Origin: the human T2T-CHM13v2.0 reference genome, Homo sapiens
NCBI GenBank assembly: GCA_009914755.4
Contig: CP068257.2
Location: 21,312,001-21,376,000, forward strand
Direction: 5' to 3'
Length of the DNA stretch: 64,000 nucleotides
Shown: in pieces, positions 1 to 17,507 of the stretch
Numbering within the stretch: the stretch's first letter is position 1
Layout: each line of letters begins with the position of its first letter
Made by a program: the position numbers and the translations under genes
The notes under the pieces: model-generated
What the model was told of the DNA's origin: nothing
What the model saw: only the letters and a program-made list of their open reading frames with translations
The model's database searches: none

Positions 1-220
1 TCACTTAATACCTGCTAACTTGTTTTAGCATGTGAAAACTGAACAACTGACAATTTGCATTTCTAAGACAATGACCATATATGTGATAATTTTATGGAGT
101 ATGTATACATTTAAAGTATGAGATACAGAGAAACATCTTAAATAACCTAAATAATAAGATAGTAGCTATGAAGAAGGCATATTCATGAAATTCATGGTAT
201 TGTATTATACTACTAGTTCA

Positions 221-246
221 CACACAAGACACACACACACACACAA
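221..246. repeat. (CA)n microsatellite, ~13 units
   Basis: Direct read: cacacaagacacacacacacacacaaaagg. Confidence 0.8.
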
Positions 247-778
247 AAGGTGTGTGTACATCTTTTGAATTAACTTTATTGGGGTATAATACATATATAA
301 TAACATATTTATTTTAAGCTATCAATTAAATGTTTTGACACATATATTCAGTTGTATGAATATTACCCATATAAAGTTTTAGAATATTTTTGCAGACTCA
401 GAAATTTCCTCCTGCTCCATCTGTAGTCATCTCTTACCAACCCCACCTTCTAGGCAACCACTGACATATTTTCTGTCAGTATAATTTAGTGTTTTTCTGT
501 CTTAGCATTTGTTTAGCTTTTTGGATCTGTGAGTTTAGGTTGTCATCTAATATACAACTTCAGCTGTCAACTGTTTCAGTAATCATTAGTTTCATCATCA
601 GTTTCATTTTACAGTTGAAGAAGTTAAGATACCAGGTTTTTAAGTAGATTGGCTGAAACTGTGGCTGATTAGAATGAAAGTCAATTTGAATAGCTAAGTT
701 TTCTAACTTCTTGGCCAGAACTTTGTCATCTTTACTACTCTGAATGCACCAAAAGTAACAAAAAACACAATTTGATGA

Positions 779-3139
<2,361 letters not shown>

Positions 3140-3360
3140 ACAATGAGATCACATGGACACAGGAAGGGGAACATCACACTCTGGGGACTGTTGTGGGGTG
3201 GGGGGAGGGGGGAGGGATAGCATTGGGAGATATACCTAATGCTAGATGACGAGTTAGTGGGTGCAGCGCACCAGCATGGCACATGTATACATATGCAACT
3301 AACCTGCACAATGTGCACATGTACCCTAAAACTTAAAGTATAATAATAATTAAAAAAAAA

Positions 3361-3402
3361 GAAATACAACAAAGTTTTTTATTCTCTATTTTATATTTTT
3401 AA
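3361..3402. repeat. Right target-site duplication of the L1PA insertion (42/42 identical to 825-866)
   Basis: Immediately follows the L1 poly(A) at 3351-3360. The bottom-strand nick context (ttctt|aagcat) is TT|AA-like, consistent with L1 endonuclease. Confidence 0.85.
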
Positions 3403-4780
3403 GAAAATGTCTTTATCTCCTGAACTTACCTTTCAAATAGAAGTTGAGATTTCAAATATTAATCATAAATATTTTTGTTCTACCTACTTGGATTATAGAG
3501 TTACTCACAATTAAGGTGAAATTTTACTTCAGTGCATGAGAACAGTCACTTATTTATTTTTATGAAAAACTCATCTATTTTAATTCAGGCAGAGGATAAC
3601 TGTCTTTTGTTTACATGTTTTATAAATGAATCAAATAAGTCTCACTTCTTGCCAAATTCTACAATTTTAGAATAAGTAATTATATGTCTCTTCCACTTAG
3701 CCCTTTTGGTTATCAGAATAACAGCCAATTTTGTGAGAAGGCAATTTTGTTTAAGTTGAAATTGATGCTTAAAATGTACTTCTGTCTTAAAATCAGAATA
3801 TGAGTGACAATGAAACATTTTACAATATGTTAACACTGAAGATAATACATATAAAAGGAAAGTCTGAATGAGACAATGTGCAAAATGAGAACATACAAAA
3901 TTCCTTTTACTACTAGGTTATCAAGTAAATAGTTCTGAAATCGTAGAGTTAAAATTTTGTGTTTTTATGTAGCAATAATTAGATAAGAAGCACAATGCAT
4001 TTTGCTTCACTGGTATACTTTTTCTTACATGGAAAAATATTTTTCTCCTATTTTTTTCTCCATCTGGGCATCAGAACTGAGTTTGGAGTAAAAATATATA
4101 AACTTGTTCAAAATGTATGTGTATATTCGCTCTGAGAGAGAGAGACAGCGAGAGAGAGAAAATCTCTACTATGTACCATGGCATGTGCTGGGCTTGCGTA
4201 CATTGAAAGGCAAAAATCTCTTAGGACACCTAAGGTAATATACCCTGTGTGGGAAATACAAAGAATATTGGAATAGAAGCAAATAATCAAATTATGTTTT
4301 TTGAATGGAGGAATAGAAAGCTGGGACCTTAAAATGCGTAAGATTTAGCAAGGTGAAGAATGAAGACAAATACATTTTGGGTAGTGGCTGTCTCCAAACC
4401 TTCTTCACCAGAACTTGGAGAAGGGCATAGATCTCCCAGAAACATAGGCATCCACATGAAAATGACAATACAAATAAACATACTTACCTGGAACTTGGAG
4501 GACATCATGGAAAAAAAAATATATAATTCAGGTAATTAGCCTGTAGTTTCTATTAGGATCCATGGAAATGTTCTAAGATTTCTTTAGTGAAAAAGAATAC
4601 CCAGTCCTGATTTCTGAGTAATTTCAACAATTTACAGGAAAGCTAGAGTAAAAGGGGCCAGCACAGGTGTCCGAAAAGGAGGTGCAGAGGTACGGGAGAA
4701 AGCCCATAGTTTTAGGGCGAGAGGAAAATCAGGAAGAAGCGAAGGAGACTGCGAAGAGGAAGTATTTTTTAAAAGTAGGA

Positions 4781-4955
4781 GTTTAGCCAGGCATGGTGGC
4801 GCATGCCTGTAGTCCCAGCTATTCGGGTGGCTGAGGCAGGAGAATTGCTTGAATCTGGGAGGGTGGAGGTTACAGTGGGCTGAGATCACACCACTGCACT
4901 CCAGCATGGGCAACAGAGTGAGACTTGGTCTCAAAAAAACAAACAAACAAAAAAA
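4781..4955 (+). mobile_element. Alu right-arm fragment (5'-truncated at the A-rich linker) with (CAAA)n/A tail
   Basis: ttagccaggcatggtggcgcatgcctgtagtcccagctattcgggtggctgaggcaggagaattgcttgaatctgggagg...cactgcactccagcatgggcaacagagtgagac followed by aaaaaaacaaacaaacaaaaaaa. Confidence 0.85.
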
Positions 4956-7249
4956 GAACTGGAGTTATTGGCTCTGAAGAATGCTGTGGGAGAATAAGTG
5001 TGATGAGAAGAGAAAAAATAAATTAGACTTAGTAAGTGGGAAGGCCAGAAAATGTTAATAAGTATAGTTTTGTTTAAGATACGTTAAGTGATAATTTTTT
5101 TAAGTGCCATATTAAGATTGGAATTGATTCAGAGGAATAAGGTGACAAAGTGGAGACATTATGGAACACAAGACTTTTAGGAAGGTTATATGTTGAGGGC
5201 AGAAACTGGATACAGCGTTAGGACAGCTTGTATTCCTTTATGAAGAGAAATATTATTACATGCCGACAAGCTGGGAGACTGAGGAAACAGGACTGAATTT
5301 GCAAGAGCAGGAGGAAGCGATTCATGAACAGCAGCTCCTGAAAAGGTGGGATGAACACAAGTGCAGAGTTTTATCTTGTGCAGGAGGAGAAACAAATTAG
5401 AGGATTAGGCACATTTTTGTATTTAGTAGTGGCACACTAATTTTTGTTTGATGAAAGATAATTTATTACATGAAATGTAAGACAAGGTCATAAGCTGCAG
5501 ACAAAGGTAAATTGGACCATTTCTGCAGAGAAGATATAAAATAGCTATAGAGGGTAATGTTTGTTCCTTCAGCTTTGCTAAAACCTGGTACTTAACCCAC
5601 TTCAGATACTAATAGCAGCCTTTTATTATTTGCTTCAAATGTAGTGTAGGAGGAGGATGGAATTGAATACAATATTGGGGAGAGCTTTAGATATGTACTC
5701 TTCTTCAGAAAGCAAACTAATGCTGAAATCACTGAAGTATAATAGAGTAGCTTCTGTCTAATTCTTTTTTTCACTTTTGGAATTCTGCTGCAAAGAAATG
5801 CATGCAGATGTGAATTCACACAAAATATCTAAGACCACTGCATATAAGCAAGGAAATTTACATAATTCTTGTGATATTTATACAGATGAGCAGCCAGCTA
5901 TTTCCCACCAAAGTGGACAATAACAAAGATACTAAAATATTAAATAGTAAGATATTGTTATGTTGAATACCATATAGTCTTAGAACCATTTTCCTTAAAA
6001 GGATCTCTGGGTGCTACACTATGTCACACCCACATATTTGTGCTTTTTCAATAATAAGATCACTTTTTAAAAACAGAACAACATGTTGTACTTTGAAATA
6101 TCCCATTGGTGCCTAGTGTTTTTTCATCAACCACACGCTATTGGCTTTTTCATGGATATTTTTGGCCTAAAAAATAATGAACAGGTGGTGTTGTGGTAAG
6201 AAGTCATGTGGGTGTTAACGTGGCATCACTTCCTTTTCGCACAAGAGAAAGCATTTTCAGAATTCAAACTGCCAATCTACTCAGTTGGCACCTGCAGCCT
6301 AAACTGGAATATCATTTGAGCGCAGGCATGTTGCCATCATAACAGATGGTTATGAGTGTTGACAGCCAAGTGATCATGTATGTACATCGGTTGTGGGTGT
6401 TTAAAGCAAGCTGCTCATTTAAGAAGGTCAAACAGCAGTCTGTCCAGAGCTTCCACAGGCAATATTAAGAGGGATAGCTATCTCTCAAATTCTATCAATG
6501 TTCTTACTTCATGCAGGCTGAAATGTTCATATTGAAATCAATAGAAACCAGTGGCATAGCCGATGCCCCAAATCTGAAATAAATTAAATGATTAACTGTA
6601 ATAGCGAAAAAGAAGTCTTCCAAGTCACATAAAGTGAGTTGGAGTTGTGGTAAATTACATGTAATATATTCTTTTTAAGTAGGATGCTTGGTCTCGTAAA
6701 TTTATCCCCAAATAGCCCTAAAGTTTCCACTAAACTGACCTGCCTAATTATTTATTAATGTTATAAAATCAGCATATCATTACAACACTGTAGAACATCT
6801 ACAATGCATTCTACCAGGTTTTTTTTTTATCCCCTAAGTAAGCTAAATCTAAATACAGCCAATCTAAAACAGCATATATTAGTCATCCAACTTTAAGTGA
6901 ATTTTTTTAAGTCATAAGACACACAAAAATGTATGACCTCCAATTACTTACATTCGTTTGTTCAACCAACAATATTTTTATGAAAGAATAAATGAATGAA
7001 CACAAGTATGTGTAGTTGACTTTCCTAAAATGCTCCCTCCACCTATCCCCCTTTATCCCCAAGTCTTGACATTTATATTATTATATAATCTCTTCCCTTT
7101 GAGTACAGATAGGAGCTGTGACGTAATCTAATCCATAGACTATGGCAAAGGCGATGTCATTGTTACTTTCATTAGGACATTATGTATCATTGCAACTGAC
7201 TTCTTGCTCATAACTTCAGTTTTTTGCCTTTTTGTTTCTAATGTTTGCA

Positions 7250-7625
7250 GGGATCAAATGACCATGAAAGAGAGGCCTGTGTGGTAAGGAATTGAGCACT
7301 TCTCCTGTCCAACAGCCAGCTAGGAAGTGAGGGGGACCACTGGTTGATAGACAACAAAAAATGAGTCTCTCACACCAGAATATTATAAGGGACTGAGTCT
7401 TACCAACAACCATGTGAGGCTGGAAGCTGATCCTTCCCAAGATCTGAAATGAACCCCCGGCCCCGGTTGACACCTTGATTGCAGGTATGTCAGAGATCCT
7501 GAAGCACAGTAGCAAGCTAATTCATGCCTGCATTCCTGACGCTCAGAAATTGAAATAACTGATGTGTCTTGATTTAAGCCACTGAGTTTGTGGAAATTTT
7601 GTTATGTAGCAATTCATAATTAATT
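7250..7625 (+). mobile_element. Possible MaLR (MLT1-like) LTR fragment, called from its 3' terminus
   Basis: Ends ...gatgtgtcttgatttaagccactgagtttgtggaaattttgttatgtagcaat, resembling the characteristic MLT1 LTR terminus (gtttaagccac..agtttgtggtaatttgttat.gcagc). I did not align the upstream body. Confidence 0.35.
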
Positions 7626-8207
7626 TGATTTTTTAAAAGTAATTAAAAATTTGGGTAATAAAGGAATCTGTATTAAATAGAAAAAGCAAAGACATTTGCA
7701 TAGAGGAGATGGTCTCTTGAATGATATTATAGTTGTTGTCTACAACCCTAGAAGACAGAAGTAAGTATGATCCAAAAGGTAAATATCATAAATGCTAGGG
7801 AGAGTGCTAAATGATACAGAGATCAAAATGATAACCCTTTGCCCAAATGATTCCACATTCATAGATTTTCTTTTTCATGTTTGAGTTTCCATCAGTTTGC
7901 TGAGTGATTGGTATTTCGTAGATTTTACAAATCAACAAATCCACACATCACAAAATGATAGAAAATTGGTAATATAAATAGTATATGATAGAAAGTAGTA
8001 AAGCTGCTGGATAAGAGTACTTGGTGAATAACTGGTTAAATAAAGTGGAATATTTTATGGTAATAATTGCAGAAATAGTTGCCATTTTTTGGTATTACCA
8101 TTGGAAAAGCAATAAGCAAGTTTTTATATACATTCTTACATTTGATATTCTCAATCAGCATGTGAATTAGGCAATATATTACAAGCATGATAAGACTTGG
8201 CGATGTA

Positions 8208-8595
<388 letters not shown>

Positions 8596-8994
8596 TCAAA
8601 TACCATGTCCCTAAACACTTTGTAGGCTGCTCAAATGATAACCGACTTCAAAGCTGGTTAGTGCAGTTTTAAATTAATAACGGAGTGAAAATAAAGAGAA
8701 CAAAATAATTGCATAATTGGTTTGTAATCATAAATCTTCCACTATACAGTTATGTAATTAAAAACAATCTTCCATCTCTAAAATAAGGATTGTTTACTAA
8801 ATGATCTAATCTTTCCATTATAAAATTCCACAGTTATAGAAAAGCAAGTAAGGCCCATTTTGACAGCCTTGTGCTAGGAAGTAATGTATATATAAGTTTT
8901 CTACTTGGTTTTGAGAGATTGAATTGGATGGTATACTGGAGGTTAAAACTTTTTAAATTCTACTTTATTATTACATTTGAAACTTAGAAGTGTT

Positions 8995-9120
8995 GTTAAT
9001 AATTTCTTTTGACTGTGATAGTAAAAATATATTATGTTCTGGTAAAGCACAAGAAAATGCCAGCGAATGTTTTCTAAATGAGGGTAGAAGGGAAAAAACC
9101 GGTGTGCAGATGGAAGTATT
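8995..9120. repeat. Copy A of a ~130-bp dispersed duplication (copy B at 11228-11283 + 11455-11515)
   Basis: tgtgatagtaaaaatatattatgttctggtaaagcacaagaaaatgccagcgaatgttttctaaatgagggtagaagggaaaaaac versus tgtgataggaaaaatattttatgttctcgtaaagcagaaaaaaa[Alu]aatgccagtgaatgttttctaaaagaggatagaaggaaaaaaag. Confidence 0.7.
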
Positions 9121-11019
9121 GGGTTTTAATAAGAGATACTTTTCTCATTGTTGCTGAAGGGAAGGGGGGTAGCAGAAATGATCAATTTTAGTACCAACAT
9201 GTTGGGGAATTACCATTTCATGACTTTTATTTGCTCTTTTCTACATGAAAAATGTTCATTAGTTTATTAGAGAAGAAAGTTTAAAAAATGGTATGGCCTG
9301 CAATGGCTTGATGTAATCATGAAGAGTGAACACAGAACAAAGTTCCTTGAGTATCACAAAAAAATAATGTAGGATCAAGAACTAGCTGTCACTAGTGACT
9401 GTGAATGTATGCTATAGTGGTATCTATTTGATTTTATTCATCAGCGCTTATTGTACAGGGGCAAATTTACATAATTTGATTGAGATATTTTACACATGAA
9501 TAGGTATTACTTGGGAAGTTAACAAATTATGGAAGAGCAAGGGAGTTAAAAGAACAACTGAATAATGGTCCATGAATAATGGTCTCAGTTGCATATGAAG
9601 ACAAATACAGACCATGATAATAAAAGGATATGGTTAGAGATTAGGATATTTAACATAGTAACTTCAAAGTTTTAGTTCCCAATGATCCAGCATTGAGCAC
9701 ATATTGGAAGACAAAAATGAAATAGAAAAAAGTTATTTATAGGGGATTGTGTTTTTTCTCAAGAATATGAAGGCATCCTGGTGGGTTGGGTGGGATTCTG
9801 TAGATCAGATTTTAAGATCTTAGATGAATGAAGATAATATCTGTAAAATAAGATGATTATATAGTAGAAAGCAGTATATCAAATGGCACAATCATCAAAG
9901 AACAGTGAGTTCTACAAGAGAATGAAGGATAGTTGGAAATAAGGAAAAGAGTGATTCTACTTCCCAACATGAGGCATATGAAATGTGAAAAAATAAAAAA
10001 GCCTCTATTTGAATGGATTGAAGAGGAAACAGTGTGTTTAGTTAAAAGACAGAGGTAGAAGTAACTTTTGGACAAAAGAATTTTGAGGGAACATTATACG
10101 CTATTGAAATTAGAACACAGCATGCAGTTTCCATAACAGCAGTATTAGAAGAGATGGGGAAATGAAGAGGAAACTCCATCGGGGAAAAGGAATTTTAAAA
10201 GTCACTAGAAAAAAGAACAACTTGTAAGACTGATGCTCTGAGAAACGTACATGTTAAACACTGACCAAGAAAAATAGTGGCAAGTGGTGAAGTTGATTTA
10301 GTCTTGATGTTTTCTTGCAGAACAGAGAGAACCTTTACGTTTAATGAAATTCAGCAGTAGTCTGCGAGGGACAGTGTAGAAATTATGGTATGGAGGTGGA
10401 CATTACTTTTCCTGAGTTAGTACAGCTGACACTGTCAGCAAGACTCAACAATCTTGCCGGAGTGAGAAGATAGTGGCACCATCTGGTCATTACTCAGTTC
10501 ATCCTTGTTGGGGCAGCATCCTGCCTAGTTAGAAGTTGTTTATGCTGGTTCACCAGATTTGCCATTTGTCAAGGTTCTGCCTTATCTCCAAGAGATTTTG
10601 CAGTGATTAGAAAATTTGCCTTCTGTAAAATAATAATAAAAATAACCCCAGAGAGTCAAGGATTATTACAAGGAATGACACAAAAATTATATTGCCAAGG
10701 GAAGATTTGTATACCATATGCCTCTACTGCTAGAGATGTAGAGATTTAGCAGCTAAACCAAAAATGTATACATCATCAGTTAACTATTCATGGCATGCAG
10801 AAGGAAGACAGAAAGCACAAAGAAACAAAACTACATTTTTAAGAAAAGCATTATTTCCTGATATTGAGAACTGGGAAAAAAAATTTTCTTCCACATGCTT
10901 TCTTTGAAAGAAGCTTATGGAAATACTAAAAAAGTATCCTTTAAGTTGTCTTTATAAGTGGCCAGAAAAAATGTTTCAAAGTTTAAAAAAAAAACATAGT
11001 ATGCTATCTCAGTCATTTT

Positions 11020-11660
<641 letters not shown>

Positions 11661-14600
11661 ATATGCTTTATGCTGATAGTTGTCAAAATATTAAAACACT
11701 ATCGATAAAGTAAGTCAAGCTCTTGATGTAATTGATATGCCTACTTTTACGCTTCTCGTATTTAATCCAAAATAAAATTTTGAATATTCAGATAAATGAA
11801 TGGGTCATATGTTCTTTGATAAATCCTTCATAAATGTTCTATTATTATATCAGGAATTTGATAAACTAATATTTGGAATATTAAGAAGTGTTTGGTTGTT
11901 TTACAAGACAAAATAAGGTTCCATAGGTGACCAACAAAATTTCTACTCTGCAAGAAATTGGAGTGCAAATATTTCATAGTGCTTGTTAATGGCAGGCATG
12001 CATGCTTTAATATTCAGTGAGGCAGAGGGAAGGGTTAAGTCCTCTCAGAAAAATTTAAAATTTGGTCTTGCCTTCCTCAGAAAAATGCTCTAAGTCCATC
12101 TGTTCCAATAATACTTATAGACGGTCATGGCCCCAAAGTTCTATGTCATGGAGATTAGATGTAATGATTTTTAGTTTGGAAAATATTCAAAACAATGTCC
12201 TAGTGTGGTTTTTGTTTAAAAAAAAATAAATTAAATCCTCACAGGCATTTCATTTAAGCAATGTGGTTATGCTGAAATCTTCAAAATGAGGGTTGTAAAT
12301 TTAACTCTCACATAACTATTACATTGGATTTCTGAACATATGCCATGAAATGCTGAAAAACAATTTACAAAGAGGGTGGTTTTGTTTTTAGAATAATCAG
12401 TGTTACTGCTCGTATAGACAATAATTAGAGTACAAGAACAATGGCCTGTTATGCCACTTTGTCATAGTGTGGGAAATAACACCATGTATTTGGAATACAG
12501 ATAACTATCAGTTGTTTTAATTTTAATAGTAGAGCATCTGAATTCGGTCTTTGCAGAAATAGAATTACTCTAAAATAAGTATTACAATTCAAAAAGATGT
12601 ATAAGAGTTTAAACTATATTATTTTGTATTACTAGTAAACAATTAGTCAAATTTTTAAGGAGGCAGGATTTTATATGATTTGGAGAACAGACATTCTGAT
12701 CAAAGAGACAGGCTCTAAGATTACTATAGATATTTCACACTGAGATGAGATGCCCTGAACAAGTGTGATGGAACTGACTTAGAGAAAACAATGAGTAAGA
12801 CTGAGATATCAAAGAAACATGGAACAGACATTTGTATCCTAGTGGTATCAGAAATTTTGGTTTAGGACAACTATGTAATGTAATGCCAGAATATAATCCT
12901 AAAATCTAACCTATGTGTACTATTTAACACCTTTACTCTTATTTGTAATGACATTCATTGCATGCATTTAAGTGTGTCTACAAGAGATAAGCTTTAAGCC
13001 GCTGTTTAACTGAATTTGAAACACTTCGATTAAATTTGAAATACCCTAAGGTATCTTTCATATACATAACTATACATATCAATATTCTTCATTTTGGAAA
13101 AAAAAATTTCCTTGGACAAAGAAATGGATATATCTGTGGTGGCTTAGCTCTTTTTGAATGCTCACACATCCTTACACATGGCTCCTTTCCATTTGGACTT
13201 GAGTTTTCCCATGCACACAGGAAGCTTTTGCTGGTTTATGTGGGATTTCTGCTCATGCTTAACAGAGACTGGATTTTCATAACTACTACTCTTGGAGCTG
13301 TTTATTACTTAAGAAATACCGGGTAAGCAACCTGAGCAATATTTACTAGGTAAATGGGTAATATTTGTATGGGTTTATAAGCTTAACCTCTCAAATAGTA
13401 CAATAATTCAGAGAGAACAGAAGCATGGTGTACCATTCAGTCAATAATACTGTTTTTGTAGAAGGAAATTTAACTATAGAAGGCGAATAATCATTGAGTA
13501 CCAGTATTATCAAAACATTTGCTTAACACTATTACATACGCAAAGTTTGAAGAAATGCAGAATAACTATTTGCCTAATTCGTTTTAAACATTAAATGACT
13601 TTTGCCAAATCTAGACCTACTTACTTTGCTTCTCATTTTCAGTTGTAATCTTTTAAAGAAGTCTTGAGACTTCAAGAATTTAATGTTAATATTTAACTCA
13701 TGATGTGTGCTTGTACAAGTTTGTGCTCAGCCTGGTTCAACTGAGAGTTTCATGCTGGTATTGCTTTCCTCAAGTGAGAGAAAGCATTTAGTATTTGCTA
13801 AATAGCTTTATGTCCATTGTAAAACTGCCTGCATTTTTGTTTATCTTGACCTTTTCTTTCTCTTTATTATTATTTACTTCATAAACATTCCATGATGATG
13901 AGAACATTTATCTTTCACAAATATCTCTATTTCTAATTTTTTAGAATATATCTTTGTCCATCTTTAATATTTTGTGGGATTAGCCGTCCCACTTCAGCAG
14001 AACAGAATACAGTATGACAATGTAAAGGTAAGCAACCCAGTAACCTTTATAATAGTAAACAAAATAGTCATTTACCTGGATTAGATGGTAGAAATTTGTC
14101 TTTGTAGTAGACTACCAAGTCCACGTGGTACGAAGAAATAATACTGTCTCAAATTATTTAAATGCTAATATGATCAGCATGTATGAATAACAGAGCTGAA
14201 CTTCAAATAATATTAATATTTGAAATAATATCACAAACAGGTAAATTCATGGAGTGCTTATGATTATAAGCATTTTGTCTACATGAAAATTATGTCCATT
14301 TTTAATATTAGAAACTTTAGGCACAAAATATTAAGTGACTTGTTCTTCCTCTCATATTAAATGCATTCTCAGTGTTAAGTAAATGTGTTTTTAAAAGCTT
14401 GATTTCCCAAAGAAATAATAAAGTGTAGTATAAAATAGTATAACCTCTTGTATAGCCTCTGATTTAACCTCTAATGAAAAAACAGAATTGTCATATATAT
14501 TCATTCATAATAAATTGCACTCAAATTTGGCCTCATATGCTCTTAGAATTGTAAAATTTTACAGTGGAAAGACTAGGCCTTTAGTAAAAACTCTTTTAGA

Positions 14601-15803
14601 GATGAAAAAATAAAGCTAAGAAAGTTTTTTTATAAGTACTTAGTGGCATATCTATGACGAAAATCCTTGTCATAATATGTACGCATTTTTCATATGTATT
14701 TCTTATTTATACACTAAAATGCTTAAGTTGTCTAGGGTGATTTCCAGCGTTTGCAAATAAGAAACCTGATGGACAGGCTTAAACAAACACAAATATATAG
14801 CAAAGCACTCTTTGAGCCTACATTACCCTGTAACTATTATCCTATTTTTATTCCATTCACAATGGAACTACTAAAAAATGTAATCCAAATCAGCTCACAA
14901 TTCTCTTCCCTTACATTCTATAATTTAACCAGAATCAGACTCATCTCTTCAGGCCTCTGCTAAGCTCTCTCACACTTTTACAAAGCAATTCAATACAGAG
15001 TTTGTGATATATCCAATTATTCCACCCCACATGTCATTCCCTAATTTTTCCCCTCTTAGTAATTGGTGCCACTCATTATTCAGTTGATCAGGTAACATCC
15101 CAATTGTCATTCTTAATTTCTTGCTTTCCTTTAAAACCAAGATCTAATACATCGGTGAAACTTGTTGTGGTCACTACCACCAAAACATTTCAAGAATCTT
15201 ACCACAATTTCTTACTTGCATTATCACCCTGCTCCAAGCAATCATCTAATCTCACCTGTATTATTACAGTCGCCGATAACTGATCACTTGGATGCATCCT
15301 GTGCTTGCTATTGCTAGTGAATACAGTCAGAGTAATATTGTTAAACTCAGTCTGAAATCATCAACCTCTAGAGAATATTTAAAGCCATGAAAGAAGCCTG
15401 AGGGCTCACAGGAAACTATATAATGCCAGTTAGGAAGATCAAGAATTATTTTCAGGCACTCCAATGTTTAGAGGACAGGAGGATGCTGAGAAGGCAGAAA
15501 GGAGTTCAGAGATAAATAAGTAGTAAAGTTTAGAGTAGGCTCAATCCAGTAGGTAGGTGGGAGCACCGAGACATTATATTCATGATATTCATGGTTATTT
15601 TATATTGTGTTCATTAATGGATGTTAATTAGCTTTATTTATGATTTTACAATATGTATCAAAATATCACATCACATATCATAAATACATTCCATTTATAT
15701 TTTTAAATTTAAAAGATAAATTTATAATTTTTTTAAAAAGCAATAAAAAATGCAATGCCATTCTCTCATTGGAATCTAAGATGGTCTCTAAGAAACATTG
15801 CCT

Positions 15804-15885
15804 AATATATATATACACACACTTACATATATATATATGTGTATATACACATACATATATACATAAACAACTCATATATATATTT
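15804..15885. repeat. (TA)/(CA)-rich low-complexity tract
   Basis: atatatatacacacacttacatatatatatatgtgtatatacacatacatatatacat. Confidence 0.7.
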
Positions 15886-16143
15886 TTTAAGTTTTATTTT
15901 TTAATTTTTAATTTTTCGTGGGCACCAAGTAGGTATATATACTTAGGGAGAACATGAGATATTTTGATGTTGCCTGTTATATTTTGACTGTAACTTCTAT
16001 AACGATGAACATAAAGTTTATATTTAGTTTATTTTCAAGTTACCATGTATTTATTTTAGTTTATGCTAGGTAAGTTAAACACATTTCAATTCTTTCGATC
16101 ATTATGAAATGATTTTTAAACTTTTTTATAAAACAAAATTATC

Positions 16144-16411
16144 TCGCTCTGTTGCCTAGGCTGGAGTGCAGTGGTGCAATCTCAGCTCACTCCAGCCTCT
16201 GCCTCCAGGGTTCAAGCGATTCTCCTGCCTCAGCCTCCTGAGTAGCCGGACTACAGGTGCGCGCCACCACGCCCAGGTAATTTTTGTATTTGTAGTAGAG
16301 ATGGCATTTCACCATATTGTCCAGGATGGTCTCGATCTTCTGACCTAGTCATCCGCCTGCCTCAGCCTCCCAAAGTGCTGGGATTACAGGCGTGAGCCAC
16401 CACGCCCGGCC
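16144..16411 (-). mobile_element. Alu (minus), nested in the old L1
   Basis: ctcgctctgttgcctaggctggagtgcagtggtgcaatctcagctcactccagcctctgcctccagggttcaagcgattctcctgcctcagcctcctgagtagc...gggattacaggcgtgagccaccacgcccggcc is the reverse complement of Alu. The T-rich tail is degraded. Confidence 0.9.
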
Positions 16412-17176
16412 TGCATACTGTTTTTCATAGTGATTGCATCATTGTACATTCCCATCAACCGTGTTCAAAGGTGACAATTTTCCATACTGTCACCAATATT
16501 TATATTTTTTATATATAGCAACCATATTAGCAGGTGTGAGCTGATAACTCACTGTGGTTTTGATTTTTAGTTCCCTTGTGATTAGTGTGTTGAGCACCTT
16601 ATTTTATATCTGATAGTCATTTGTATGTCTTCCCTGGAGAAGTGTCTAAGTTCTTGGTCCATTTTCACTTTATTTTTTATTTAGTTGGGTAAGTTCCCTG
16701 CGTATTTTGGATATTAACCCCTTGTCAGATATATGCTTTGCAAGTAATTTCTCCCATTCCATAAATTGCCTTATTATCTTATTAACTATTTCCTTTGTTG
16801 TGCAGAGGTCTTTTACCTTGGTGCAGTTCCCACTTGCCAGTTTTTATTTTATTTGCCTGTAGTTTTGGTGACATATTCAATAACTCATGGCCAAAGGCAA
16901 TGGAAAGGAGTTTTCTCCTGTTTTCTTCTAAGAGCCTTACAATTCCAGGTCTTACGTTCAAGTCTTTAATCCATTTTGAGTTGATTTTTGTGTGTAGTGT
17001 AAGATGTAGGGTTCCAACTTCATACTTTTGCAAGTGGATTTCTGGATTTCCCAGCATAATTTCTTGAAAAGTCTATCCTCTCCCTATTGTATATGCATGA
17101 TGGCCTTGTAGATCAGTTGACCATATACACCCACATTTATTTCTGAGTTCTCAAGTTTTTTAATTTTTTAAAAACA

Positions 17177-17203
17177 CATATATACATATATATATATATA
17201 TAT
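17177..17203. repeat. (TA)n microsatellite abutting the T-tail of the next Alu
   Basis: catatatacatatatatatatatatatatt. Confidence 0.7.
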
Positions 17204-17507
17204 TTTTTTTTTTTTTGAGACAGAATACTGCTCTGTCACCCAGGCTGGTGTGCAGTGGCACAGTCATGGTTCACTGCAACCTCTGCCTCCTGGATTCAAG
17301 TGATTCCGATGCCTCAACTTCTTGAGTAGCTGTGACTTCAGGCATGCGCCACCTCACTGGGCTAATTTTTGCATTTTTAGTAGAGATGGGGTTTTATCAT
17401 GTTGCCCAGGCCCATCTGGAACCCCTGGTCTCAGGTTATCTGCCAGCCTTTGCCAGCTTACAGAAATTACAGTGCTGGGATTACAGGCATGAGCTACGCA
17501 TGCCCAG
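17204..17507 (-). mobile_element. Alu (minus), nested in the old L1
   Basis: tttttttttttttgagacagaatactgctctgtcacccaggctggtgtgcagtggcacagtcatggttcactgcaacctctgcctcc...gctgggattacaggcatgagctacgcatgcccagc. Confidence 0.9.

Noticed and set aside
6180-6440. Short stretch with several retained CpGs (aacgtgg, ttcgcac, agcgcagg, catcggtt) that might mark a conserved element or exon
   Set aside because: No ORF in any frame gives a recognisable peptide, and no splice-site or Kozak context stands out. The CpG count is too low for an island. Without conservation data I cannot support a feature.
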